Positions 22,715 through 33,378 of a stretch of DNA of 64,000 nt are shown one piece after another (the first letter of the stretch is position 1; the number at the start of each line of letters is the position of its first letter). Made by a program: the position numbers and the translations under genes. Source of the DNA: an uncultured Acidobacteriota bacterium (GTDB taxonomy: Bacteria > Acidobacteriota > Vicinamibacteria > Vicinamibacterales > CAVVIG01); NCBI GenBank assembly GCA_963711795.1, contig CAVQFD010000005.1, forward strand, positions 713,695-777,694. The letters run 5' to 3'. The notes under the pieces are model-generated. The model had not been told where the DNA came from. It did no database searches and was given only the letters and a program-made list of their open reading frames with translations.

Positions 22715-23662
22715 ATGCTGCTGTCGCGCACTGCCGACGCCCTCTACTGGATCAGCCGCTACCTCGAACGCGCGGAGCACGCCGCGCGCCTGATCGACGT
22801 CCGCCTCGATCTCGGGCTGGATCGCACACCGGACGGCTGGCAGTTCGATCGCTTGTACGCGAGCCTGCGCCTCAAGCCGCCGGACGAGCGCGTACCGGGA
22901 CCGTCCGAGCTGGTGGATCTCCTGATCTTCGATTTGGGCAACCGCGACTCGGTGGCATCGTGTGTCACGGCCGCGCGTGAGAATGCCCGCCAGGTGCGCG
23001 AGGAGATCAGTCAGGACATGTGGGAGCAGATCAACGGCCTGTATCTCCGGCTCCGCGATGCGCACGCCGAAGGCACCTGGACGGGCCGGCCGCACTATCT
23101 CTGCCGGATGGTCATCGAAGGCGTGCATCTTTTCCAGGGGGTGACCGACGCCAGCATGGGGCATGGCGAGGGCTGGCAGTACCTCCAGGTGGGACGGCTG
23201 CTCGAGCGCGCAGACGTTACGGCGGCGCTGCTCGACCTGCACTTCAGGGATTCGTCGAGGGCCGGCGGGTCGGCCGATCACACTGAATGGGTGGGGTTGC
23301 TGCGGTCGTGCTCGGCACTCGAGTCCTATTGCCGCTGTTACACCGCGGAACTGCGCCGCGAACGGATCGCCGAGTTCCTCCTGCTCAACCCGGAGTTCCC
23401 GCGCTCGGTGCGCTTCGCCGCCGCCGGCGTGGAGTCCGCCCTCAGGGGCGTCTCGCAGATGACGGCGCGCGGCACCGGCGGCCGCCCGGAGCGGCTGGCC
23501 GGACGCCTGCACGCCTCGCTCGACTACGGCCAGGTCGACGAGATCCTGAACGACGATCCGCACGCGTACCTCGAAGGCATCGGGCGTCACTGCGCGCAGA
23601 TCCACACGGCGCTCCACCAGTCCTACATCGGCTACCCGATCGAGGAGGCGCTGCCCGCGTAG
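22715..23662 (+). CDS. Alpha-E domain protein (COG2307-like)
   Basis: MLLSRTADALYWISRYLERAEHAARLIDV. It starts 5 nt after the ATP-grasp stop. Confidence 0.85.
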   Translation: MLLSRTADALYWISRYLERAEHAARLIDVRLDLGLDRTPDGWQFDRLYASLRLKPPDERVPGPSELVDLLIFDLGNRDSVASCVTAARENARQVREEISQDMWEQINGLYLRLRDAHAEGTWTGRPHYLCRMVIEGVHLFQGVTDASMGHGEGWQYLQVGRLLERADVTAALLDLHFRDSSRAGGSADHTEWVGLLRSCSALESYCRCYTAELRRERIAEFLLLNPEFPRSVRFAAAGVESALRGVSQMTARGTGGRPERLAGRLHASLDYGQVDEILNDDPHAYLEGIGRHCAQIHTALHQSYIGYPIEEALPA

Positions 23663-23665
23663 GCC

Positions 23666-24637
23666 ATGTATTTCACGATCCGCCACACGACCCGTTTCAC
23701 CTACGAGTCGCCCGTCAGCGAGAGCGTCATGGAAGCGCGCATGCAGCCGAGGAGCGAGGCCGCCCAGCGCTGCATCCATTTCGGCCTCAGCACGACGCCG
23801 GCCTCGCGCGTGATGATGTACCAGGATCACGACGGCAACATCGTCCACCACTTCAACATCCCGGGCCGTCATGCGCGGCTGACGGTCAGCGCCCAGGCTC
23901 TCGTCGAGAGCCAGAGCGCCAACACGATTCCCGAACGGCTGGGCCCTGACAGCTGGCAGGCGCTCGACGCGCTCGTGGCGGCAGGCGAGTACGGGGATGC
24001 GATGGGGCCCAGCACGTTCGTGCGCCAGACACCGCTGCTCGAGAAGTTCTCGCGCGAGATCGCGATCGAGCGCGGCGCGGACGATCCATTGACGACGCTG
24101 AAGCGAATCACGCACGAGGTGTACGACCGCTTCGAATACAAGCCGCGAAGCACCCGCGTGGACTCGCCGATCGACGATGCGCTCGAAGCCCGCTGCGGCG
24201 TGTGCCAGGACTTCACGCACATCATGACGGGGCTGGTACGGGGACTGGGCATTCCGTGCCGCTATGTGAGCGGGTACTTCTTCCAGCAGGAGGATTCGGC
24301 GGACCGATCGTCCGACGGCGCCACGCATGCCTGGGTCGAGGCACTGTTGCCCGACCTCGGCTGGGTCGGCTTCGATCCCACCAACAACCTGCTTGCCGGC
24401 GACCGTCACATCCGCGTGGCGATCGGCCGGGACTATGCCGACGTCCCCCCGACGCGCGGCGTCTACAAGGGCGTGACCGCCGTCAAGACCGAGCTGGCGG
24501 TTGCCGTCCGCGTGGGCCCCGTGCAGATGGCCATTGCCGGCGAAGCCCTGCCTTTCGTGCCCTGGATGTCGCGCGAAGCCGTCGCGCCCATGGCAGAATC
24601 AGTGACCAGGCAGCAGCAACAACAGCAACAGCAATAG
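23666..24637 (+). CDS. Transglutaminase-like cysteine protease-fold protein with a C-terminal poly-Q tail
   Basis: The N-terminal Bact_transglu_N-type segment is MYFTIRHTTRFTYESPVSES. The core is CQDFTHIMTGLVRGLGIPCRYVSGY...THAWVEALLPDLGWVGFDPTN. The protein ends RQQQQQQQQ. Confidence 0.85.
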   Translation: MYFTIRHTTRFTYESPVSESVMEARMQPRSEAAQRCIHFGLSTTPASRVMMYQDHDGNIVHHFNIPGRHARLTVSAQALVESQSANTIPERLGPDSWQALDALVAAGEYGDAMGPSTFVRQTPLLEKFSREIAIERGADDPLTTLKRITHEVYDRFEYKPRSTRVDSPIDDALEARCGVCQDFTHIMTGLVRGLGIPCRYVSGYFFQQEDSADRSSDGATHAWVEALLPDLGWVGFDPTNNLLAGDRHIRVAIGRDYADVPPTRGVYKGVTAVKTELAVAVRVGPVQMAIAGEALPFVPWMSREAVAPMAESVTRQQQQQQQQ

Positions 24638-24651
24638 GAACCTGCACACAG

Positions 24652-24731
24652 CCAGTTCAACGTTCAGGGTTCAAGGTTCAAGGTGCACTTAGAACCCGCA
24701 CTTTGAACCTTGAACCTTGAACTTTGAACCT
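24652..24731. repeat. Word-repeat hairpin (GTTCAAGG words) after the transglutaminase stop
   Basis: cagttcaacgttcagggttcaaggttcaagg-tgcacttagaacccgca-ctttgaaccttgaaccttgaactttgaacc. Confidence 0.7.
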
Positions 24732-24752
24732 CGGCCAGACAAAGGAGCTCCC

Positions 24753-25244
24753 ATGCGTCTCTGTCATTTTGTCGTGGCGACCGTCCTTTCGCTGCCTCTT
24801 GCGGCCTCCGCACAAGGCGTGACGTTCTATGGCGCCCCGACCGCCGCCATTTCGAGTGGAGTCGTGATTCCGCCCAACCGCGCCTGGGTGTGGACGAGCG
24901 GCACGGTACCGGCCGTGGCGGATGCGAATGCAAAGCCCGGCACCCGCGAGCGCTTCGGCGACACGCGCGCGCAGGCGACCAGCATTCTGAAGAACATCGA
25001 GGGCCAGCTCCAAAAGCAGGGGCTCACGATGAAGGATGTCGTTTATCTGCGTGCCTATCTCGTCCCGGACACGACCAAGGGCAACCGCATCGACATGGAT
25101 GGCTGGTCCGCCGCCTACGGCGAAGTGTTCGGCACCGCGGCGAACCCCACCAAGCCCGCCCGATCCACCGTCGGCGTCTCGGCGCTCGTCAACTCCGACT
25201 GGCTGATCGAGATCGAAGCGTTTGCGGTCGTGCCGCCCAAATAG
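24753..25244 (+). CDS. RidA/YjgF-family protein with a signal peptide
   Basis: An aaaggag RBS precedes ATG 24753. Sequence reads MRLCHFVVATVLSLPLAASAQ...DVVYLRAYL...ARSTVGVSALVNSDWLIEIEAFAV. Confidence 0.8.
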   Translation: MRLCHFVVATVLSLPLAASAQGVTFYGAPTAAISSGVVIPPNRAWVWTSGTVPAVADANAKPGTRERFGDTRAQATSILKNIEGQLQKQGLTMKDVVYLRAYLVPDTTKGNRIDMDGWSAAYGEVFGTAANPTKPARSTVGVSALVNSDWLIEIEAFAVVPPK

Positions 25245-25434
25245 GTTCAAAGTTCAAGGTTCAACGTTCAAAGTTCTAGTTCTAGGTTCAAGGTTCAGCG
25301 TTCTGGGTTCTGGGTTCTGGGTTCTGTTCGAGGTTCTGCTTCCATGAACGCAGCACCCAGCACCTTGAACCTAGCACCTAGAACCAGGACCCTGAACCAG
25401 AACCCTGAACCTTGAACTTTGAACCTTGAACCGA
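25245..25434. repeat. ~190-nt long hairpin of GTTCAAGG/GTTCTGGG words and their complements
   Basis: Left arm is ggttcaaagttcaaggttcaacgttcaaagttctagttctaggttcaaggttcagcgttctgggttctgggttctgggttctg. Right arm is cagcaccttgaacctagcacctagaaccaggaccctgaaccagaaccctgaaccttgaactttgaaccttgaacc. Confidence 0.75.
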
Positions 25435-25445
25435 TGAGAGACAGG

Positions 25446-25982
25446 TTACTTATATGTCTCAGCCGTGGCAGGAATCGGATTGACGACCGGGGCGGTCGAG
25501 ATCCATGTAGATGGTGCCGGGCGTGTCGGTGGCGAAGTACCTTCCGGCCCGGTGGATCCGAACGCGGTCGGGACGGCGCTGGCGAAGAACGAGCTCGTGC
25601 GCGGTTGCGCCGCCGCGTTGCACGTCGCGGTGAGGACGTCGAAGGTACCGGGATCGGCGTTTCTGGCGACCGCGAAGCGGTAGCCGCTCTTCACCACGTT
25701 ATTGGCGCTCAAGTCCGCGCTGAGAAACGCGTGGTTCGATCCGGCGGGCGCCCGCACGAGGTCGGCGAGGTCGGTCGCAAAGCCGCCGCTCGCGCACGTC
25801 GCCGCATAGTTGGCCTGGCTGCTCGAGATCGCGCGCAGGCCGGCCACGCCTGCCGCTTCCTGGCTGTGCATGCGTGCCTGCGCGAGAGCGGGAATGGCGA
25901 TCGCCGCCAGCACGCCGATGACAGCCACCACAATCAGCAGCTCGATGAGCGTGAACCCCGCCTGACGCCTGTTGGTACTCAC
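25446..25982 (-). CDS. Type IV pilin / pseudopilin-like protein with a prepilin N-terminal methylation motif; C-terminus ambiguous
   Basis: MSTNRRQAGFTLIELLIVVAVIGVLAAIAIP from a GTG start. Near 25540 an alternative frame reads YFATDTPGTIYMDLDRPGRQSDSCHG, which looks more pilin-like, so a frameshift is possible. Confidence 0.8.
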   Translation of the reverse strand: MSTNRRQAGFTLIELLIVVAVIGVLAAIAIPALAQARMHSQEAAGVAGLRAISSSQANYAATCASGGFATDLADLVRAPAGSNHAFLSADLSANNVVKSGYRFAVARNADPGTFDVLTATCNAAAQPRTSSFFASAVPTAFGSTGPEGTSPPTRPAPSTWISTAPVVNPIPATAETYK

Positions 25983-26104
25983 GCTAGCCGCAATCGCAAG
26001 AGCTGGACCGCGCCTTCACGTTCGCAAATGCCTGCAAATGCACGGAAAGCGCACCGCGAGTGACGAGGAATGGCACACGTAGGCTGACAGGAAGTGTCAC
26101 TACA

Positions 26105-26268
26105 CGGGCTTCAGGCTCCGGGCTTCGGGCTCCCGGGGCTTCGGGCTTCAGGTCTTCGGGCCTCAGGAGGGTGAATGAAAGGTCTCAAGCCCCCGGAGCC
26201 GGAAGCCTGAAGCCCGGAGCCCGAAAGGCCTGAAGCCCCCGGAGCCGGAAGCCCGGAGCCCGGAGCCT
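26105..26268. repeat. ~165-nt long hairpin of GGGCTTCGGG / CCGGAGCC words
   Basis: Left arm is gggcttcaggctccgggcttcgggctcccggggcttcgggcttcagg. Right arm is cccccggagccggaagcctgaagcccggagcccgaaaggcctgaagcccccggagccggaagcccggagcc. Confidence 0.75.
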
Positions 26269-26269
26269 G

Positions 26270-27723
26270 TTATTGCAACGGCGCCGGCAGCTCGGATCGG
26301 CCCATCAGGTAGACGTCCACGCCGCGAGCGCACGATCGGCCTTCGGCGATGGCCCACACGATGAGCGATTGGCCGCGCTGCATGTCGCCGGCAGTGAAGA
26401 CGCCGGGCACGCTCGTCATCCAGCGCTCGTCGCGCCAGACGTTCCCGCGGTCGGTCATCCTGACGCCGAGCTTGTCGAGCATGCCGTCGCGTTCCGGACC
26501 GACAAACCCCATGGCCAGGAGCACGAGCTCCGCCTTGATCTCCTGCTCGCTCCCTGCGACGGGCTTGAACTCCATCCGGCCGTTGGTCGTGACCGGCTTC
26601 GACCCGATGCGCGTGGAGCGAGCTGACGCGCCCCTCGGCGTCGCCCGCGAATTTCTCGGTCAGGATCGAGTACAGGCGCTCGCCGCCCTCTTCGTGCGCC
26701 GACGACACGCGGAAGATGTTCGGCCAGAGCGGCCATGGATTGGTCTCGGCGCGCGCATCCGGCGGCCTCGGGCAGCAGCTCGAACTGCTGCACCGATGCC
26801 GCGCCCTGGCGATGGGCCGTGCCGAGGCAGTCGGCGCCGGTATCGCCGCCGCCGATGATCACGACGTTCTTGTCCTTCGCGCAGAGATCCGCCCGGAGTC
26901 GGCGACCGCGTCGCCCTCGTTGGTGCGGTTCTGCTGCGTCAGGTACTCCATGGCGAAGTGGATGCCCTTCAGCTCGCGGCCGGGCACCGGCAGGTCGCGC
27001 GGCCGCGTCGACCCGCCGGCCAGCACCACCGCGTCGAACTGCACCTTCAGCTCTTCGACCGGGATGTCGACGCCGACGTTCACGCCGGTCCTGAACTCGA
27101 TGCCTTCCTCCGTCAACAGCTGCAGCCGCCGGTCGAGGAACCGCTTCTCGAGCTTGAACTCCGGGATGCCGTATCGCAGCAGGCCGCCGATCCGATCGGC
27201 GCGCTCGAAGACCGTGACCGCATGTCCGGCCCGGTTCAACTGGTCGGCTGCCGCCAGGCCGGCCGGTCCCGATCCCGACGACCGCGACGCGGCGGCCCGT
27301 GCGGGCCTCGGGCGGTCGTGCCGTGACCCATCCTTCGTCGAACGCGCGGTCGATGATCGAGACCTCGACGGCCTTGATCGTGACCGGGTCGTTGTTGATG
27401 CCGAGCACGCACGCGCCTTCGCACGGGGCGGGGCAGAGACGGCCGGTGAACTCCGGAAAGTTGTTCGTCGCGTGCAGCCGATCGATGGCCGCGCGCCAAC
27501 GGTCGCGATACACGAGATCGTTCCAGTCCGGGATCAGGTTCCCGAGCGGGCAGCCCGTGTGGCAGAACGGGATGCCGCAGTCCATGCATCGCGCCGCCTG
27601 ATCCTTCAGCCCCTGTTCGGGATACGGCAGGTAGACCTCGCGCCAGTCGTGCAGCCGCTCCTCGACGGGCCGCGTCGGCGGCTTCTTGCGCGCGATTTCC
27701 AGGAAGCCGGTGACCTTACCCAT
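26270..27723 (-). pseudogene. gltD: Glutamate synthase small subunit (NADPH), at least 5 frame disruptions
   Basis: [31 protein letters not shown]...[27 protein letters not shown]...VAVVG, then [30 protein letters not shown], then [24 protein letters not shown], then VFTAGDMQRGQSLIVWAIAEGR. These lie in different frames. Confidence 0.85.
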
Positions 27724-30700
27724 TGACGGCGACTCCGCTCAACTCGAGGAACGACGCCTCGCGGCCGGCCGCGGCCGCGCGCGCCTGCGCGAGCAGCACG
27801 CGCTTGTAGTCGCGCGGCATGATCTTGACGAATCGGCGCACCGCGGCGTCCCAGTCGGAGAGCACGCGCTGGCCCGGCTGCGCTGCCCGTCAGCTGGACG
27901 TGCCGCTCCACGAGCGCTCTGCACCTCTGCCAGATCGTCAGGCGAGTCGAGGCCTTCGAGATCGACCATGTCCTTGTTGCAGCGGCGGGTGAAGGTGCCG
28001 GCGGCATCCAGCACGTACGCGACGCCGCCGCTCATGCCGGCCGCGAAGTTGCGGCCGGTCCGGCCGAGCACGACCACGCGGCCGCCCGTCATGTACTCGC
28101 AGCCGTGGTCGCCCACGCCTTCGACGACCGCCAGGGCGCCGCTGTTCCGCACGCCGAAGCGCTCGCCGGCCACGCCGCGGAAGTACGCCTCGCCGCTCGT
28201 GGCGCCGTAGAGCGCCACGTTGCCGATCAGGATGTTCTCTTCGGCCACGAACGCCGCGTTGACCGGCGGGAAGACGACGATCCTGCCGCCCGAGAGTCCC
28301 TTGCCCACGTAGTCGTTGGCATCGCCTTCGAGCGTGAGCGCGATCCCGCGCGGCACGAACGCGCCGAAGCTCTGGCCGGCCGACCCGGAGAACCTGATCC
28401 CGATCGTGTCGTCGGGCAGCCCCTCGCCGCCGTACCGCTTCGTCACCTCGTAGCCGAGCATCGTGCCGACCGTGCGGTTGACGTTGCGGATCGGGAACGA
28501 GAGCGAGACCCGGGCCCCGCGTTCGAGCGCCGGCTGCGACGCGGCGATGAGCTCGTTGTCGAGGGCCGCGCCGAGCCCGTGATCCTGCGCCCTGCATGCG
28601 CCGCCTCGGCGCGCCCGGCTGCACCCGGGGCTCGTGGAGGATCTCCGAGTAGTCGAGGCCCCGCGCCTTCCAGTGGTCGACGGCCTTGCGGAAGTTCAGC
28701 CGATCCACGCGGCCGATCATCTCGTCCATCGTGCGGAAGCCGAGGGCGGCCATGTACTCGCGCACTTCTTCGGCGATGAAGCGGAAGAAGTTCACGACGA
28801 ACTCGGCCTGGCCGGTGAACTGCTTGCGCAGCTCCGGATCCTGCGTGGCGACGCCTACCGGGCAGGTGTTGAGATGGCAGACGCGCATCATGATGCAGCC
28901 CGAGACGACGAGCGGCGCCGTCGCGAAGCCGAACTCTTCGGCGCCCATCAGCGCTGCGATGATGACGTCCCGGCCCGTCTTGAGCTGGCCGTCGACCTGC
29001 ACCGTGATGCGGTCGCGGAGGCCGTTCATCATGAGCACCTGCTGTGTTTCGGCGAGCCCGAGCTCCCAGGGCACGCCGCCGTGCTTGATCGAAGTGAGCG
29101 GAGAGGCGCCCGTGCCGCCGTCATGGCCAGAGATGAGCACGACGTCGGCGTGAGCCTTGGCCACGCCGGCCGCCACCGTGCCCACGCCGGCCAAGCGCCA
29201 CGAGCTTCACGTGAATGCGCGCTTCGCGGTTGGCGTTCTTCAGGTCGTAAATGAGCTGCGCCAGGTCCTCGATCGAATAGATGTCGTGGTGCGGCGGCGG
29301 CGAGATGAGGCCGACGCCGGGCGTGGCGTACCGCACTTTCGCGATCCACGGATAGACCTTGTGGCCGGGCAGCTGGCCGCCCTCGCCGGGCTTGGCGCCC
29401 TGGGCCATCTTGATCTGCAGATCGTCGGCATTGACGAGGTACTCGCTCGTCACCCCGAACCGCGCCGAGGCAACCTGCTTGACGGCGGAACGGCGCGAGT
29501 CGCCGTTCGAGTCCGCCGTGTACCGTGAGGGATCCTCGCCGCCCTCGCCCGTGTTCGACTTGCCGCCGATGCGGTTCATCGCGATGGCGAGCGTTTCGTG
29601 CGCTTCCTTGCTGATCGAGCCGTACGACATCGCGCCTGTGGCAAATCGCTTGACGATCGAGTCGACCGATTCGACCTCGGCTATCGGCACCGGCGTCGGC
29701 GCGTTCTTGAGCTCGAGGAGGCCGCGCAGCGTCGCGAGCTTCTGGCTCTGGTCGTCCACGAGCCTCGTGTACTCCTTGAAGATCGGAGTACTGGCCGCTC
29801 CGCGTCGAGTGCTGCAGCTTGAACACCGTGTCGGGGTTGAAGAGGTGGTACTCGCCGTCCCGGCGCCACTGGTACTCGCCGCCCCACTCGAGGTCGTGCT
29901 CGCCCATCGGCCGCGAGGGGAACGCGCGCTGGTGGCGGCGCCGCACCTCTTCCGAGACGACCTCGATACCAACGCCGCCGATGCGGGACGCGGTGCGCGT
30001 GAAGTACTTCTGGACGAACGCCCGGTCGAGGCCCACGGCCTCGAACACCTGCGCGCCGCAGTAGCTCTGGAGCGTCGAGATGCCCATCTTGGACATCACC
30101 TTGAGGATGCCCTTGTTGAGCGCCTTGATGTAGTGCTTCACCGCCTGCTCGTGCGTGATGCCGACGAGCATCCGCTGGCGGATCATGTCGTTCAACGTCT
30201 CGAACGCCAGGTACGGATTGACGGCGCCGGCGCCGTAGCCGAGGAGCAGCGCGCAGTGATGCACTTCGCGCGCGTCACCTGATTCGACGACGAGCGCGCA
30301 GCGCGTGCGGGTGCCCAGGCGCACCAGGTGATGGTGCACGCCCGAGGTTGCCAGCAGGCTTGGAATCGGCGCGCGAACGCGGTCCGCGTCGCGGTCCGAC
30401 AGGATGAGGATCGTGTAGCCCGCCTCGACCGCGTCGCTCGCGCGGCGCTTCAGGTCCTCGAGCGCCCGCTCGAGCCCGGGACCGTCCTGCAGGGGGTCGA
30501 ACAGCATCTGCAGGCGGATGGCGCGGAAGCCCGGATCGTAGACGTGGCGCAGCTTCGCGAGCTGGTTGTTGTCGATGATCGGATACTTGATCTTGATCTG
30601 GCGGCACGACTCCGGCCGCGGATCGAGGAGGTTGCCCTCCGGCCCGATCGTGGATTCCATCGAGGTCACCAGCTCCTCGCGGATCGCATCGAGCGGCGGG

Positions 30701-32388
30701 TTGGTGACCTGCGCGAACACCTGCTTGAAGTAGTCGTAGAGCAGGCGGGAACGGTCCGACAGCACGGCCAGCGACGTGTCGGTGCCCATCGAGCCGAGCG
30801 CTTCCTCGCCGTTGGTCGCCATCGGGCCGAGGAGCAGCCGCAGATCCTCGTGCGTGTAGCCGAAGAGCTCCTGCCGCTGCACGACGGTCTCGTGGCTCGG
30901 GGGCGGGAGATACGGCGCCGGGTCCAGGTCCTCGATGTCGATCAGGTTCGAGAGCCACTCCTTGTAAGGATGCGCCGCGGCCAGCTCCCGCTTGACCTCA
31001 TCGTCTGAGACGATCCGGCCCTTCGAGGTGTCCACCAGGAAGATCCGCCCCGGGTGCAGGCGCTCCTTGAGCACGATGTCTTCGGCGGGAATGTCGAGCA
31101 CGCCGACCTCGGACGCCATGATGACCAGGTCGTCCTTCGTCACGTAGTAGCGCGATGGCCGCAGCCCGTTGCGATCGAGCACGGCGCCGATGAGCGTGCC
31201 GTCCGAGAACGCGATGGCCGCCGGGCCGTCCCACGGCTCCATCAGCGACGAGTGGTACTCGTAAAACGCCTTCAGCTCGGGCGACATGCTCTCGTGGCCC
31301 GCCCAGGGCTCCGGGATCATCATCAGGATCGCGTGCGGCAGCGAGCGGCCCGTCTGGACGAGGAACTCGAGCACGTTGTCGAAGGTGGCCGTGTCGCTGC
31401 CGCCCTCGCGGATGATCGGGAGGATCTGCTTCATGTCCTCGTGATCGCCGAGGACGTCGGACTGGAGCAGCCCTTCGCGTGCGCGCATCCAGTTGATGTT
31501 GCCGGTGAGGGTGTTGATCTCGCCGTTGTGCGCGATCATGCGGTACGGGTGGGCGAGCGGCCACGCCGGAAACGTGTTGGTGCTGAAGCGCTGGTGCACC
31601 AGCGCCAGCGCCGACTCCACGAGCGGGTTCCGGAGATCGGGAAACATGATCTCGATTTGCCCGGCCGTGAGCATGCCCTTGTAGATCAGCGTGTTGCAGG
31701 ACAGGCTGACGACGTAGAAGAACTTCTTCGCCTCGGCCGGCATGCGGTCGCCGAGCTCGTCCATCGCGTGCTCGACGCGCTTCCGGATGACGTAGAGCTT
31801 TCGTTCGAATCGCCGCCGCGCGGTCTCGCTGCTCCCAGCGCCTGGCGACGCATCCGCGTTCGAAGCCGGCCCCCGGGCGATGAAGATCTGGCGGAACACA
31901 GGCTCCACGGCCACCGCGCTCGGGCCGATCGGGCTGTCGTCGGTCGGCACATCGCGCCAGCCGACGAGCACCTGCCCTTCTTCCTTCACGATTCGGGCGA
32001 AGATCTGCTCGATGATCGCGCGGTTCTCCGGCTCGCGCGGCAGGAAGATCAGGCCCGCGCCGTATTCCCCGGCCGGCGGCAACGGCGCCGGCGCCACGGT
32101 GCGCAGAAACGCGTCCGGCATCTGGATGAGGATCCCGGCGCCGTCGCCGGTATTGACCTCGCAGCCGCACGCGCCGCGGTGCGCCAGGTTCTTCAGGACC
32201 TGAAGGGCCTGCCCGACAATCGCGTGCGACTTCCGGCCCTTGATGTCCACGACGAAGCCGACGCCGCAGGCGTCGTGCTCGTGGGACGGGTCGTACAGGC
32301 CTTCCGCCTCGGGCGGGCCGTGCCGGAGCGGCGCTTCGCCAGGGGCGGGGCAGGGCGGCGTGTTATGGTCGGCATCCATAGGGCACAT
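27716..32388 (-). pseudogene. gltB: Glutamate synthase large subunit; 5' ~2.4 kb intact, 3' half has multiple frame disruptions
   Basis: The N-terminal amidotransferase domain is HDACGVGFVVDIKGRKSHAIV (ORF 29029..32388). FMN-domain and C-terminal fragments lie in ORFs 29121..29972, 27938..29194 and 27739..28461. The reconstructed end ...[12 protein letters not shown] overlaps the gltD ATG (ATGGGTAA). Confidence 0.9.
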
Positions 32389-32469
32389 AGGGAAGTAGTT
32401 TTATCGCCCAGTACAAAGCAGAAGTAAAATACAAACATCGTATCAAATACATGATTAATACAGATGGAT

Positions 32470-32520
32470 GCAGGCTCCGGCCTACGTCTTGGGCTCAGGG
32501 CTCAGGGCTCAGGCCGCAGG
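32470..32520. repeat. GGGCTCAGG word repeat in the gltB/tadA divergent spacer
   Basis: Sequence is ggctccggcctacgtcttgggctcagggctcagggctcaggcc. Confidence 0.5.
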
Positions 32521-32578
32521 TCATACAACAGAATTGTGTCTTCTTCGTGTTTTCGTACTTTCGTGTCCTTCGCGCCCT

Positions 32579-33025
32579 ATGAGTCACGAGGCGCTCATGG
32601 CCGAGGCGCTCGTCGAGGCACGAAAAGCGCGCGACGCGGGCGAGGTGCCGATCGGCGCCGTGGTTGTCGCCGGCGGCGCGATTGTCGGGCGCGGGTTCAA
32701 CCAGCCGATTGGCGCGGGTGATCCCACGGCGCACGCCGAGATGGTCGCCATCCGCGACGCAGCACGACAGCTCGGCAATTACCGGCTGACGGGCGCCACG
32801 CTTTACGTGACCATCGAGCCTTGCCTGATGTGCGTCGGCGCGCTGGTGCACGCGCGGATTCAGACGCTCGTATACGGCGCGGCGGAACCGCGCACGGGAG
32901 CCGTCCTGTCCACCGTGCGTGGCGGAGAGCTGCCCGGCCACAACCACCGGTTCGAGGTCGTGTCAGGGATCGCGGAAGCCGAGTGCCGCGAGCTGATGCA
33001 GGTGTTTTTCAGGGACCGGCGCTGA
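32579..33025 (+). CDS. tadA: tRNA adenosine(34) deaminase
   Basis: [17 protein letters not shown]...[13 protein letters not shown]...[16 protein letters not shown] carries the HAE and PCxxC zinc motifs. Confidence 0.9.
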   Translation: MSHEALMAEALVEARKARDAGEVPIGAVVVAGGAIVGRGFNQPIGAGDPTAHAEMVAIRDAARQLGNYRLTGATLYVTIEPCLMCVGALVHARIQTLVYGAAEPRTGAVLSTVRGGELPGHNHRFEVVSGIAEAECRELMQVFFRDRR

Positions 33026-33280
33026 CTAGCGAGCCGACAAGAGCGCCATCGCGATCGTCACGAGAATCATTCCAAGGGCGAACGCACCAACGAGCGTCAC
33101 CCCGATGACCGCCGGACGAGAGGGATCGAGCCTCGCGCCGATGAACCAGGCCACGACGCTGTCGCCGACGTTCTCGGGCGAGGCGGTGTGCCGGCTCGGA
33201 TCCGCACTGTCGTGTCCCGCGTGCTCCGAGGGGAACTGCTCGATGGAGGTGTTCAAGCCACCTCGACCGTTGCAAGACAC
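33026..33280 (-). CDS. Hypothetical small protein with a C-terminal TM helix
   Basis: This is an ORF only. A hydrophobic tail AVIGVTLVGAFALGMILVTIAMALL is present. No recognisable family. Confidence 0.3.
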   Translation of the reverse strand: MSCNGRGGLNTSIEQFPSEHAGHDSADPSRHTASPENVGDSVVAWFIGARLDPSRPAVIGVTLVGAFALGMILVTIAMALLSAR

Positions 33281-33378
33281 CCTCCACGGCGCAAACGACC
33301 GGATATCCGCCGCTTTCGCGATCTTCCCGCCCTGTGCTAGTCAGCGGCCGCGAAGAATATTGTCTTACAATCGCGGCC

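Noticed and set aside
24604-24634. CAG/CAA repeat as a stand-alone simple-sequence locus
   Set aside because: It is in frame and encodes the poly-Q C-terminal tail of the transglutaminase-like protein. It is noted under that operon rather than as a separate element.
25983-26104. Sigma-54 promoter upstream of the pilin gene (tggcac-like and ttgca-like strings)
   Set aside because: The GG/GC elements are mis-spaced by about 2 nt or lie on the wrong strand. No confident -24/-12 match.
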